DNA of 63,956 bases, filler included, from Octopus bimaculoides (lineage: Eukaryota): the NCBI RefSeq assembly GCF_001194135.2. It is 7 parts of 6 records of this genome, joined end to end, with 100 filler letters (N's around TTAATTAATTAA, not from the genome) between each part and the next. Parts side by side here need not be neighbours in the genome. Positions count along the whole stretch, not along the records: positions 40,009 to 56,164 come from NC_068985.1; 6 more parts are not named here. One strand, 5' to 3'. The notes under the pieces were generated by a model that saw only the letters and a list, made by a program, of their open reading frames with translations, was not told where the DNA came from and made no database searches. This document shows, piece after piece, positions 41,768-54,670 of this stretch. Both the position numbers and the translations under genes were made by a program. The stretch's first letter is position 1. Each line of letters starts with the position of its first letter.

Positions 41768-43459
41768 GTCTACGATGATGGCAACTCCGATAAACTGAAC
41801 ATTCGTGATGCACGTTGTCCTGCTGAGACAAGAAAACGAATAGAAAAACAAACAAACAAACAAACAAAAAAAAAAGACCATAAAACAAAAAAAATTGCAG
41901 NNNNNNNNNNNNNNNNNNNNNNNNNNNNNNNNNNNNNNNNNNNNNNNNNNNNNNNNNNNNNNNNNNNNNNNNNNNNNNNNNNNNNNNNNNNNNNNNNNNN
42001 ATATAAGTGTGTGTGTGTATATATATAGACTTGAACAGGTTTTGGGTTTTACAAGCCTGTCCATACAGAATGAAACAAAAAGGAAGGTGAATGTCTTGTG
42101 TATATTTCTTTTGGTACAGAGTCGAGTCAATTACCCTGTGCTTTTTCATAACGACTGCTTTAACAACTACTAGAGTAGTGCTTTCTCCTTGGCCACTACT
42201 ATTTTGTAAAGCCTTTTTTTTCTTCTTTGCAACATCCATTATGTCAGGCTTACAATTTGAGATTTAATTTGCTAGGCAACAGCTGTTATATGCAATATCG
42301 TTACTCAGCAACAGTGTCTAGTCTTATTTTGCAGCTGCCTGTGTATCTAATTTTGACTAATATCAGCTGTTTTATCATAATTTTGGTCGGGAAAAGCAAT
42401 GTAGAGAAGAAATAAGATTCTCTTTGATTCCACTAAAAGAAAAATAATTAAATAAAAACCAAGACGTAATATCATGTTTTGATGTATCTTTGTTGAAATT
42501 TCATTCTTTGAAAGTACATTACTCTCATCTACTCACATATATGCTTTGTTATTTTTCAGCTTCATGTATAGCCTCTTAGTGTAAATCATACGAATTTTTT
42601 CTGTATTCTAAGACCATTCCATTTGCACTAATTATTATAGTGGTGTATGTGTATGCATCTATGTTTGTATATAGTAAATCCAAAAGAGAAGAACACAAAA
42701 AAACAACAACAACGTGAGGGCGAGGACGTGGTACATCTAAAGTATTAGCAGACGCTCAGGAAGGGAAAGAAATATGGTTTAATGTTTCGAGCAAACGCTC
42801 TTCTTCGGAAACAGATATAAGTCCAATAGAAAGGATGACGGAGGAAGAAAATCGCCAACAATTCATATGTGGTTACATGTATGTATGTATGTATGTATGT
42901 ATGTATGTATGTATGTATGTATTTATGTATGTATGTATTTATGTATGTATGTATGTGTGTATATGTACGTACGTAAGTATGTATGTATGTAGGTATCCAT
43001 GTTTGTGTATGTATGTACTACGTACGTACGTATGTATGTATGTCTGTATGTATATCTGTATGTCTGTATGTATGTCTGTATGTATGTATGCATGTATGCA
43101 TGCATGTATGCATGTATGTATGCATGTATGTCTTTTCTTTCTATTTTAATTTTGAGTAAATTTTGACCGGTCATCTACTTGGCAGCAAGGTTTTGAAGGT
43201 AAGCATTTTGTTTTGTTTCTCATCCGTTAAATCTTACAGATATCGTGACCATTTGTTGTGTATGAATTTAAGGATTTGCATTGTTTCTTAAGAACCCAAG
43301 TTCAACCATACTTTGCTCTAAATAGGATGCTATGTATCTTGTTGCACCAATAATAATGGATATAACGCCGAAAGTGTATCTTTGCAAAGTCTTTGTTGAT
43401 GACTTGAGGACAGCTGATTTCACAAACAGAAGGTATCTATTCGTTGTGGTCCCACACAG

Positions 43460-43493
<34 letters not shown>

Positions 43494-44271
43494 TATTTAA
43501 AATTATAATACAGGGTATCAAGAGATACCACCACGCNNNNNNNNNNNNNNNNNNNNNNNNNNNNNNNNNNNNNNNNNNNNNNNNNNNNNNNNNNNNNNNN
43601 NNNNNNNNNNNNNNNNNNNNNNNNNNNNNNNNNNNNNNNNNNNNNNNNNNNNNNNNNNNNNNNNNNNNNNNNNNNNNNNNNNNNNNNNNNNNNNNNNNNN
43701 NNNNNNNNNNNNNNNNNNNNNNNNNNNNNNNNNNNNNNNNNNNNNNNNNNNNNNNNNNNNNNNNNNNNNNNNNNNNNNNNNNNNNNNNNNNNNNNNNNNN
43801 NNNNNNNNNNNNNNNNNNNNNNNNNNNNNNNNNNNNNNNNNNNNNNNNNNNNNNNNNNNNNNNNNNNNNNNNNNNNNNNNNNNNNNNNNNNNNNNNNNNN
43901 NNNNNNNNNNNNNNNNNNNNNNNNNNNNNNNNNNNNNNNNNNNNNNNNNNNNNNNNNNNNNNNNNNNNNNNNNNNNNNNNNNNNNNNNNNNNNNNNNNNN
44001 NNNNNNNNNNNNNNNNNNNNNNNNNNNNNNNNNNNNNNNNNNNNNNNNNNNNNNNNNNNATGTACTCTTCGAAACGTCAGTGTTGAATGGTGGCAGCTGA
44101 TAAAGGAAATGTTCTCTATATGGCCTGTGTGTTTTCTGTACTTGTTTATCATTTTGTCTACGTTTTGTTTGTAATGTCCTGTATCCAGATATGCATCTAT
44201 ATATACAGGTAGATGTAAGTATGTACATGCATGTACGTATATATGCATATACTCATTTATTATTTGTATTA

Positions 44272-44304
<33 letters not shown>

Positions 44305-44576
44305 ATTTATTTTATTTATATATATATATATTCTTTTATTCTTTTACTTATTTCAGTCATTTGACTGCGGTCATGCTAGAGCATCATCTTCAGTGATCTT
44401 AGTCGAACAAATCGAGACCCCCGAACGTATTCTTTGTAAGCCTAGCACTTATTCTATCGATTTCCTTTGCCGAACTGCTAGGTTACGAGGACATAAACAC
44501 ACCAACATGAGTTGCGAAGTGATGGGTGGAGGACCAACACAGACACGAACACACAAATAAACACACACACACAAAC

Positions 44577-44618
<42 letters not shown>

Positions 44619-44885
44619 NNNNNNNNNNNNNNNNNNNNNNNNNNNNNNNNNNNNNNNNNNNNNNNNNNNNNNNNNNNNNNNNNNNNNNNNNNNNNNNNNN
44701 TATATATAAATAAATATATACAGGCGCAGGAGTAGCTCTGTAGTAAGTAGCTTGCTTACCAACCACATGGTTTCGGGTTCAGTCCCATTGCGTGGCACCG
44801 TAGGCAAGTGTCTTCTACTACAGCCTCGAACCGACCAAAGCTTTGTGAATGGATTTGCCCGACGGGAACTGAACGAAGCCCGATG

Positions 44886-44916
<31 letters not shown>

Positions 44917-45983
44917 TTCTATGTATGTATATGTTTGTGTATCTGTGTTTGTCCCCAAACTGAAAAAACCACGCTGAAAGGGAAACGATTTGAGTTGAGA
45001 GAGGAAAATAGAAGATTGACGGCGAAGTTCCAAAGCTTTTCAGATAAAGCGCTCCAGATGTGTTACCAGCGGTAGCCGAACCGCTAAGTGTGAACTCCCA
45101 AGGAGAATACTTTGAAGTGATTAAATAAGACTTGCGAAATGTACAAAACTGATTATTTGAATGCCCAAAGGTCGGATACATTTTGAACGCACTTCGTATG
45201 CAACATACTTATCTACTAACGCACAAAACACGAGAATATCTGATATTTTCAGGATCATGTCCGTAACACACAAGAAAAAAATGATAGGTGTGTATTGGTA
45301 AAAGGAAAAAAAAAATCATTTAGCCCGTTATATAACTTTCATTACTATAGATTATCAACCAGAAAGTGTAATGTATCTTTCTTGGAGACATATCACATTC
45401 TATTATAATGCTTTTGTAATTTCGAAGCAAAGAATACAGTTAGAGAATTCTTGCAGAGATTTCCATCGATATTAAATGGAATGGTCTTAGAATACCGAAA
45501 AAATTCGTATGATTTACACTAAGAGGCTATACATGAAGCTGAAAAATAACAAAGCATATATCTGAGTAGATGAGAGTAATGTACTTTCAAAGAATGAAAT
45601 TTCAACAAAGATACATCAAAACGTTAAAATTTGTCGTTTCCTTGGCCTTTGTGTGTTTTACTAGACAATACGCGTGTTTTTACAAGTTCTGCGTGTAGAC
45701 ATTGAAGAGCAATATATGTTTGAGGTTTTGTGTTTTTTACTTGTTTCAAATAATTTAGGGGGACTAAGCCTGTTTCGATGTATTTACGAATATTCTTTCT
45801 TATATATTCCCAGGCTGCTTCGAGTGAAGATTCTGTCTGTTATAAAATATACAAACTCTGATGTATGTTTTAAGTGCATTTTCTTAGTTTCTAAACAGAA
45901 ACGTTCGCAAATATGCACGTGCGCACACACACATACATGTTTGTACTGATTCAAAAGTTTCAGCGTTTAATAAAATTTGCCCG

Positions 45984-46030
<47 letters not shown>

Positions 46031-47017
46031 AAACATTCCCCCCCACCACACACACATACACACACACATGCATACTCTCTCACAGACATATGCATTTCAA
46101 AATGGCGCTGAATTGATTCTATACTCTGCAAATTTATCGCCTTATCAGATAATATGGTAAGCACAGTAGGTGAACTCAGCAAGAAGCAATCTATGGATGG
46201 GTTGAGGCCGCCTATAGATTGCAATTTTTTTTTTAAAGTCAGTTAAGTACATTTACGCTTTTAACACCCTTGGGTGTCACACAATCTAAACTCTACTTCA
46301 TTTATGATTCCATATGTAGAAAAAAGATGATTGTTTTCTGTTGTGGTTCATAATAAACGTACGTTGTATAGTTACAGAAATAAAACTCGATTAGGCACGA
46401 AATGAAATTTATCAATACAAACACTAGTCTAGATATTAAATAAAATAAATAAATGCGCCCTTTTAAAGCCTAGCTAGGCTCATGGGCCCGGTTTCCCGGT
46501 TTCAATGGCGTATGTGTTCCCCAGCTGGACGGGACGCTAGTCCATCGCAGCGTTACTCATTTTTGCCAGCTGAGTGGAGTGGAGCAACATGAAATGAAGT
46601 GTTTTGCTCAAGAACACAACGCGTCCAGGAATCGAAACCACAATCTTACGATCATGATGCTGACATCCTAACCACTAAGCTACGCGCTTCCACCGTTTAG
46701 ATATTACCTGGCTATTATTGTTGCAGCCCCATTTTGATTCAGAATATTTATGATAAGTGTCCCGGCCTGTTCCTTTTTTAAGATATTATTGTCTGACTTG
46801 AGGGAGATTTGGTTTATATTTCTAACAGAGGAAGCGACCGGATAGTCTCCCTCAACGGATAGCTTGTATTATTCTTTCCTTTTGCCATTTTATTTTCATT
46901 TGTATCATATTTCTCTACGGAGATATTGACAGGGTTGAAATCCTACAAACACTAAGGGCTGATGCTATGTCACAACCCTTAAGCTCTATACAGAAAATCG
47001 GGCAAATAGGCATCTGA
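36291..47017 (+). CDS. Candidate spliced ORF of about 112 aa: join(36291-36317, 43326-43432, 45814-45862, 46086-46156, 46933-47017), unknown product
   Basis: AG/GT-bounded segments with compatible phases at every junction; four exons have exactly one open frame; no homologue recognised; crosses a scaffold join. Confidence 0.25.
39425..39908. mobile_element. Two tandem hAT-type MITEs (39425-39683; 39692 to gap), the second carrying a SINE A tail fragment
   Basis: CAATGGTTCTC...GATAACTACTG, 8-bp spacer CTCTGGAC, then CAGCGATTCTCAAC; homologous to 59579-60428. Confidence 0.6.
40325..40741 (+). mobile_element. SINE family A, full length
   Basis: Near-identical to other young copies. Confidence 0.85.
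40925..41070 (+). repeat. (TAG)n array
   Basis: Seen directly. Confidence 0.9.
42135..42239 (-). CDS. Candidate start-codon exon [35 protein letters not shown], unknown product
   Basis: ataATGg context, AGG|gtaatt donor, T-rich acceptor upstream at 42433; no homology recognised. Confidence 0.2.
44331..44960. mobile_element. SINE family A 3' half (minus, 44331-44580) and 5' half (plus, 44723-44960) flanking a (TA)n gap
   Basis: Homology to family A halves. Confidence 0.7.
46444..46693 (-). mobile_element. SINE family C (tRNA head plus Meta-like domain)
   Basis: Minus strand: GTGGAAGCGCGTAGCTTAGTGGTTAGG...GGTTTCGATTCC...GCGATGGACTAGCGTCCCGTCCAG...GAAACCGGG; head-only copy at 48635-48741 (+). 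Confidence 0.65.
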
Positions 47018-47154
47018 CATATGTCGTAGGACTGTAAATCCATATGGTAGCTTATGAGTACTTAAATGATTACGCCATAACGGGTGTCATAAATATAGGT
47101 CTTTCTTTCTCTTTATCTGTCTCTGTTTGCGTGCGCCCGGCTGTGAGTTTGTGT

Positions 47155-47205
<51 letters not shown>

Positions 47206-48878
47206 NNNNNNNNNNNNNNNNNNNNNNNNNNNNNNNNNNNNNNNNNNNNNNNNNNNNNNNNNNNNNNNNNNNNNNNNNNNNNNNNNNNNNNNNNNNNNNN
47301 NNNNNNNNNNNNNNNNNNNNNNNNNNNNNNNNNNNNNNNNNNNNNNNNNNNNNNNNNNNNNNNNNNNNNNNNNNNNNNNNNNNNNNNNNNNNNNNNNNNN
47401 NNNNNNNNNNNNNNNNNNNNNNNNNNNNNNNNNNNNNNNNNNNNNNNNNNNNNNNNNNNNNNNNNNNNNNNNNNNNNNNNNNNNNNNNNNNNNNNNNNNN
47501 NNNNNNNNNNNNNNNNNNNNNNNNNNNNNNNNNNNNNNNNNNNNNNNNNNNNNNNNNNNNNNNNNNNNNNNNNNNNNNNNNNNNNNNNNNNNNNNNNNNN
47601 NNNNNNNNNNNNNNNNNNNNNNNNNNNNNNNNNNNNNNNNNNNNNNNNNNNNNNNNNNNNNNNNNNNNNNNNNNNNNNNNNNNNNNNNNNNNNNNNNNNN
47701 NNNNNNNNNNNNNNNNNNNNNNNNNNNNNNNNNNNNNNNNNNNNNNNNNNNNNNNNNNNNNNNNNNNNNNNNNNNNNNNNNNNNNNNNNNNNNNNNNNNN
47801 NNNNNNNNNNNNNNNNNNNNNNNNNNNNNNNNNNNNNNNNNNNNNNNNNNNNNNNNNNNNNNNNNNNNNNNNNNNNNNNNNNNNNNNNNNNNNNNNNNNN
47901 NNNNNNNNNNNNNNNNNNNNNNNNNNNNNNNNNNNNNNNNNNNNNNNNNNNNNNNNNNNNNNNNNNNNNNNNAGAACGAATTATAAGCACAGCATGTGGT
48001 ATAAACCTTTAAACCAATTTCAATAATAAGCACTAATGTGACACCAAAGAAGAATCACAGACACCCAAACGGAGACAACACACACACACACACACATATG
48101 TATGCACATTCACATTAACCACAATAATCTCCGCCCCATGTCTCGCCGAAACGCTGGTCACTCTTATAATCTTCATATGTAATTCCGTATATAAATTCGA
48201 ATGTTATGCTTTTAATAAACTTAACTACGGAACAATGTTACGGAAATGTTTGTATGATTGTGTGTGAGTGTGTGTGTGTGTGTGTATGTGTATGTGTGTG
48301 TGCGAGCGCGTGTGTATGTGAGTGTATCTGTGTGTGTATGTGCGTGTATGTTTGTGTGCGAGTGCGTGTGTACATGTTCGAGTATGTTTGCGCGCTCGCG
48401 CGTGAGTGTGTGTGTATGTGTATGCACGTGAGTGTGTCTGTGTGTTCGTGTGTGTGTGTGTGCGTGTGTGTGCGTGTGTGTGTGTGTGTGTGCATATGTG
48501 TGTGTTTGTGTGTGTGTTTGTGTGTGTGACTGTGTGTGTGTGCGTTTGTGCGTGTTGAGTGTGTATGTGTGTGTAAGTGAGAGAAAGTCAGGATAGGGTG
48601 GAAATTTGCTGTTTAGTTTATATCGGTGATATTCGGTGAAGGCGCGTGGCCTAATGGTTAGGCTGTTGTACTTACGATCGCTAGATCGTGGGTTCGATTC
48701 TCTGATTGTGTGCCGTGTTGATTTCTTGAGCAAAACACTTCTGCAACCTTCGAGAAATTTGTTGGAAATTCTCTGTATATACTCCGACAATTTCAGGTGA
48801 CCTGACAAGGCGGCCGGCAGTAATTACAGTAATTACTGCGTAATTTTTGTGTTTATACAAACCATAAACACACACATA

Positions 48879-49062
48879 TACAAAAGTGTGCTGAAAAGTT
48901 TCTGGTAAAAGAAGTTACAATAGGATCAGTTAATTATGATTTTATTCAACATATTCTCTTCTCAGTTTCACACGCTTATTGGATCGGTCCTTCCCTTTTT
49001 CTAAGCCTTGTAAAAGAGGTCGGAAGGTTGGGCCTCCAACCAGGCCTTTCGCTCTACTCTTA
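48879..49062 (-). mobile_element. Mariner-derived MITE end encoding a transposase C-terminal remnant
   Basis: TA-caaaagtgtgctgaaaagtt terminus; homologous copy at about 51595-51725 translates GLEKVKERCNKCMKLRGEYF, like mariner C-termini. Confidence 0.6.
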
Positions 49063-49075
49063 AGTCAGCTACATA

Positions 49076-49240
49076 GGCGCAGGAGTGGCTGTGAGGTAAG
49101 TAGCTTGCTTACCAACCACATGGTTCCGGGTTCAGTCCCATTGCGTGGCACCTTGGGCAAGTGTCTTCTACTATACCCTCGGACCGACCAAAGCCTTGTG
49201 AGTGGATTTGGTAGACGGAAACTGAAAGAAGCCCGTCGTA

Positions 49241-49275
<35 letters not shown>

Positions 49276-50084
49276 NNNNNNNNNNNNNNNNNNNNNNNNN
49301 NNNNNNNNNNNNNNNNNNNNNNNNNNNNNNNNNNNNNNNNNNNNNNNNNNNNNNNNNNNNNNNNNNNNNNNNNNNNNNNNNNNNNNNNNNNNNNNNNNNN
49401 NNNNNNNNNNNNNNNNNNNNNNNNNNNNNNNNNNNNNNNNNNNNNNNNNNNNNNNNNNNNNNNNNNNNNNNNNNNNNNNNNNNNNNNNNNNNNNNNNNNN
49501 NNNNNNNNNNNNNNNNNNNNNNNNNNNNNNNNNNNNNNNNNNNNNNNNNNNNNNNNNNNNNNNNNNNNNNNNNNNNNNNNNNNNNNNNNNNNNNNNNNNN
49601 NNNNNNNNNNNNNNNNNNNNNNNNNNNNNNNNNNNNNNNNNNNNNNNNNNNNNNNNNNNNNNNNNNNNNNNNNNNNNNNNNNNNNNNNNNNNNNNNNNNN
49701 NNNNNNNNNNNNNNNNNNNNNNNNNNNNNNNNNNNNNNNNNNNNNNNNNNNNNNNNNNNNNNNNNNNNNNNNNNNNNNNNNNNNNNNNNNNNNNNNNNNN
49801 NNNNNNNNNNNNNNNNNNNNNNNNNNNNNNNNNNNNNNNNNNNNNNNNNNNNNNNNNNNNNNNNNNNNNNNNNNNAACACAGACACACAAACATATACAC
49901 ACACATACATATATGTATATACATAGATACAACGGGCTTCTTTCAGTTTCCGTCTACCAAATCCATTCAAAAGGCTTTGGTCGGCCCGAGGCTATAGTAG
50001 AAGACACTTGCCCAAGGTGCCACGCAGTGGGACTTAACCCGGAACCATGTGGTTGGTAAGCAAGCTACTTACCACACAGCCACT
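49076..50084. mobile_element. Inverted pair of SINE family A 5' halves (49076-49240 plus; 49930-50084 minus) around microsatellite and gap
   Basis: Both young copies, reverse-complementary. Confidence 0.8.
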
Positions 50085-50288
50085 GTTATTTATTAATATT
50101 AATTTCTACTCTTATAATCTTGATTGTATGTTTGCTTCTTTAGGGCTGACCTACATTTAAACAACAAAAATTACTATTAGATAATCTGTTTTTGTAATTA
50201 TCATCATTGTTTAGCCCAAAAAACTCCTTCATTTAGCAGACAATGATCAGATTTACCAGCCTTAACCATTCTAAGTTCGGGGTAAGAG

Positions 50289-50458
50289 TTAAATCGATAA
50301 TATCCACCCCAGTGCTCAACCAGTACTTATTTTAATCGACCCTCAAATGATGAAAGGCAAAGTCGACGTTGGCGGAATTTGAACTCAAAACGTAAAGACG
50401 GACGAGATGCCACTAAGCATTTTGTCCGGCATGCTAACAATTCTGCCAGCTCGCCGCC
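50289..50458 (-). mobile_element. SINE family B
   Basis: gatgaaaggcaaagtcgacgttggcggaatttgaactcaaaacgtaaagacggacg. Confidence 0.75.
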
Positions 50459-50723
50459 GTACGTGCTGCTACTCTGTAATATGAAAGAAATGTCCAACTC
50501 AAAATGATCCACTTCCGGTACTGAAGTTTATGGCTTGTGTATGTGTGTATGTGTGTGTGTGTGTGTGTGTCTGTGTGTGCGTGCGCGTGCGTGTGTGTGT
50601 GTGTGTGTCTCTCTCTCTCTCTCTTACATACACACACACACACACACACACACACTCTCTCTCTCTCTCTCTATCTATCTCTTTCTTTCTTTCTCTCTCT
50701 CTCTCTCTCTCTATCTATCTCTT

Positions 50724-50790
<67 letters not shown>

Positions 50791-50993
50791 CACACACAGA
50801 CGCAGATACAGATAGACGGATACAGACAGAAGAGAGAGGGGGGAAACCGTCCGTCAACATATGAAATGAAATGACATTATTAAAATAGGCCGTTGTCAGA
50901 AATTAATGATGAATTATAACGGGTGGATAGAAGGTTAGGTCTCCTGCTATACTCTAATCGATTACTGAAACTATTGTTGTCGTGCTTGTTACT

Positions 50994-51033
<40 letters not shown>

Positions 51034-51329
51034 CGACGACGACGACGACGATGACGATGATGGTGAAGGTAATGGTGCAGTTTTTAGTGATGATAATTTC
51101 AACGATGGTGTTAGTTATCAGCTAAGATTAAAACGATTATGAATTTATACGTACATCCCAGTCTCTTGCTTCTCCTCCCCACCTGGTCGTCCTCCACCCC
51201 TACATCATCATCATCATCATCATCGTCATCAGTTGCAACCGGAGAACTCAACAAATAAATAATGCGTTGTTGTTTGGCAGCAAGAAGCACCTGTCTCACA
51301 CCTGTCTCACTCATAGGAACCACTGAAGT

Positions 51330-51822
51330 CGTGGTTCTCAGCCGAAGGCTATATTAGATTTTGGTGGGTCCACGCTAGCACAACCGTAAAATGGGTATCC
51401 ACAGCAGTGGATCCGTGGAAGAAAAAAAACAAAAAACAAAACAAAAAATAGAAAAAAAACCCAATTGATTTAGATGTATTTATTTCTGGAAACAGTTGGG
51501 TTTCTTTATCTAATGTTCCACGTAGTTCAACATGTTTCCAACCTCTGAACCACACTCTCGCAGAGGGTGCAATTGCAAACCTACACAAACGAACGTGTGA
51601 GAAACAAAATATTCTCCTCTCAGTTTCATACACTTATTGCATCGTTCCTTCACTTTTTCTAAGCCCTCTAAAAGAGGTCGGAAGGTTGGGCCTCCAACCA
51701 GGCCTTTCGCGCTACTCTGAAAGCAGAATTTAGACATTGAATGAGTATGGAGGTCCACCAGAATAAAATAGTAATCAAAGAGATCTATAGGTAAAAAAAA
51801 GGAAAATGTTTGAGAAGGAACA
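51330..51822. mobile_element. Degenerate hAT-type MITE containing a mariner-derived fragment
   Basis: gtggttctcagcc left end; gatctataggtaaaa...tgtttgagaa right end, like 39640-39683. Confidence 0.4.
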
Positions 51823-52034
51823 GCACAAAAGTGTATTGGTCACTAGCGTAACTGGGGAGTGGGGGCACGTTTCCCGGGCGCCTATTGAAGGGGGTACCTC
51901 ATCAAAAGCAAGAAAGATGAGATTTAAAACAATTGTATCTGTTTTAATTACATCTCATTTTACACATTAGGGTTTTTTAATGTTTCATATTTCTTTATTG
52001 CCCACAAGGGGCTAAACATAGAGGGGACAAACAA

Positions 52035-52173
52035 GGAGTGGCTGTGTGGTAAGAAGCTTGCTTCTCAACCACGTGGTTCCGTGGCACCTTGGGCAAGGGT
52101 CTTCTACTGTGGCCTCGGGCCAACCAAAGCCTTGTGAGTGGATTTGGTTGACGGAAACTGAAAGAAGCTCGTT
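52035..52173 (+). mobile_element. SINE family A, 5' half
   Basis: ggagtggctgtgtggtaagaagcttgc...ggaaactgaaagaagc. Confidence 0.75.
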
Positions 52174-52659
52174 GTGTTAATATATATATATGTGTGTGTG
52201 TGTGTGTGTNNNNNNNNNNNNNNNNNNNNNNNNNNNNNNNNNNNNNNNNNNNNNNNNNNNNNNNNNNNNNNNNNNNNNNNNNNNNNNNNNNNNNNNNNNN
52301 NNNNNNNNNNNNNNNNNNNNNNNNNNNNNNNNNNNNNNNNNNNNNNNNNNNNNNNNNNNNNNNNNNNNNNNNNNNNNNNNNNNNNNNNNNNNNNNNNNNN
52401 NNNNNNNNNNNNNNNNNNNNNNNNNNNNNNNNNNNNNNNNNNNNNNNNNNNNNNNNNNNNNNNNNNNNNNNNNNNNNNNNNNNNNNNNNNNNNNNNNNNN
52501 NNNNNNNNNNNNNNNNNNNNNNNNNNNNNNNNNNNNNNNNNNNNNNNNNNNNNNNNNNNNNNNNNNNNNNNNNNNNNNNNNNNNNNNNNNNNNNNNNNNN
52601 NNNNNNNNNNNNNNNNNNNNNNNNNNNNNNNNNNNNNNNNNNNNNNNNNNNNNNNNNNN

Positions 52660-52702
<43 letters not shown>

Positions 52703-54302
52703 ATATATATATATATGCATGTATGTATATACCAAACAATTACAAAGAATATGGAGACTGATAAACCTTCAAATTTCCTTTTAATTTAAGTTAGTTATAA
52801 AGTATAATTAGTTAAACAAAATTAGCTAATTATGCGGTATGACTAACTGTAAATATTAAAAAAAAATTGAAGATGTACCAGTTTTCGCATCTTTGTAACT
52901 GTTTGGTACTTGTACTCTCAAAACTGTTCAAGATCCAGAGATGTGAACCTGGGTTCACTTATCAGAATTGCAGTATAACAGTGGGGCGCGCAAAATACCT
53001 CACACATGCAAGCTAACAGACGCATGCTTTGTAATATAAATGTACCCACTCACTTGCATACGTATGTTACGTAGGCGTGCGTGTACGACAATTATGTTTG
53101 TGCATGTGTATGTGTGCATATTAGTGCGAGCGTGTGTGTGTGTGTGTGTGTGAATGAGTTTGCACAGCGGTGGACAGCAAAACAAGCACAGAAGCGACTC
53201 ACGTGATTCGCTTTGCGACAGGAGAAAAGTGAACGCGCCAAGAACCGATATCGCTAAAGTTTGGATAGAGAACAAACAGCAGGTCGATAGTCGAAAACTA
53301 TAAAGACAGGCAAATAAAATAAAATAAAACACACATGCAGAATGCTACAAGTGCTCGCGCACACACACGCACGTATGCACGAACGCACACATACGCACAC
53401 TCACACACGCGCACACATACGCATGCGTATCTGCGCAGCCTTACGTATGTTGCACTTTCTTCGTATCGAAGTATTCGAAAGAAGGTAAAAATTGGAAAAA
53501 AAAGGAAATGTTTTCCCTCTCTTGTATCTGTATTCACTTACATTACAAATTTGCATTACACNNNNNNNNNNNNNNNNNNNNNNNNNNNNNNNNNNNNNNN
53601 NNNNNNNNNNNNNNNNNNNNNNNNNNNNNNNNNNNNNNNNNNNNNNNNNNNNNNNNNNNNNNNNNNNNNNNNNNNNNNNNNNNNNNNNNNNNNNNNNNNN
53701 NNNNNNNNNNNNNNNNNNNNNNNNNNNNNNNNNNNNNNNNNNNNNNNNNNNNNNNNNNNNNNNNNNNNNNNNNNNNNNNNNNNNNNNNNNNNNNNNNNNN
53801 NNNNNNNNNNNNNNNNNNNNNNNNNNNNNNNNNNNNNNNNNNNNNNNNNNNNNNNNNNNNNNNNNNNNNNNNNNNNNNNNNNNNNNNNNNNNNNNNNNNN
53901 NNNNNNNNNNNNNNNNNNNNNNNNNNNNNNNNNNNNNNNNNNNNNNNNNNNNNNNNNNNNNNNNNNNNNNNNNNNNNNNNNNNNNNNNNNNNNNNNNNNN
54001 NNNNNNNNNNNNNNNNNNNNNNNNNNNNNNNNNNNNNNNNNNNNNNNNNNNNNNNNNNNNNNNNNNNNNNNNNNNNNNNNNNNNNNNNNNNNNNNNNNNN
54101 NNNNNNNNNNNNNNNNNNNNNNNNNNNNNNNNNNNNNNNNNNNNNNNNNNNNNNNNNNNNNNNNNNNNNNNNNNNNNNNNNNNNNNNNNNNNNNNNNNNN
54201 NNNNNNNNNNNNNNNNNNNNNNNNNNNNNNNNNNNNNNNNNNNNATATATATATACCATTGTGGTGTTATACTATTGTGGTATATTGTGATAGTATACTA
54301 TT

Positions 54303-54341
<39 letters not shown>

Positions 54342-54670
54342 TACCGTGGGTATATATAATATCGTGGTAGATATGCAGTTATGATCAAGACTGAAATAAA
54401 ATTCCAGTCTTGGTTACAACTGTCCGATCACCGGAAACATGAAAATGTGAGTAATAGTTTTGTTTTTGTGATGTTTTGCTGTTTTAATAAGAAAGCATAT
54501 TACTCTAACTTCGGTATTCGAGTAGTATTTTTTCCCACCTTGTTTTCCATTTATGTACTTACTCGTGTATGTATGTATGTATTTATGTATGTATGTATGT
54601 ATGTATGTATGTATGTATGTATGTACGTATGTATGTGTGTGTGTATGTACGTGTGTATGTATGTGTGTAT

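Noticed and set aside
52860-52990. EGF-like CEPGFTYQNC peptide
   Set aside because: Cysteine spacing incomplete and no adequate acceptor site
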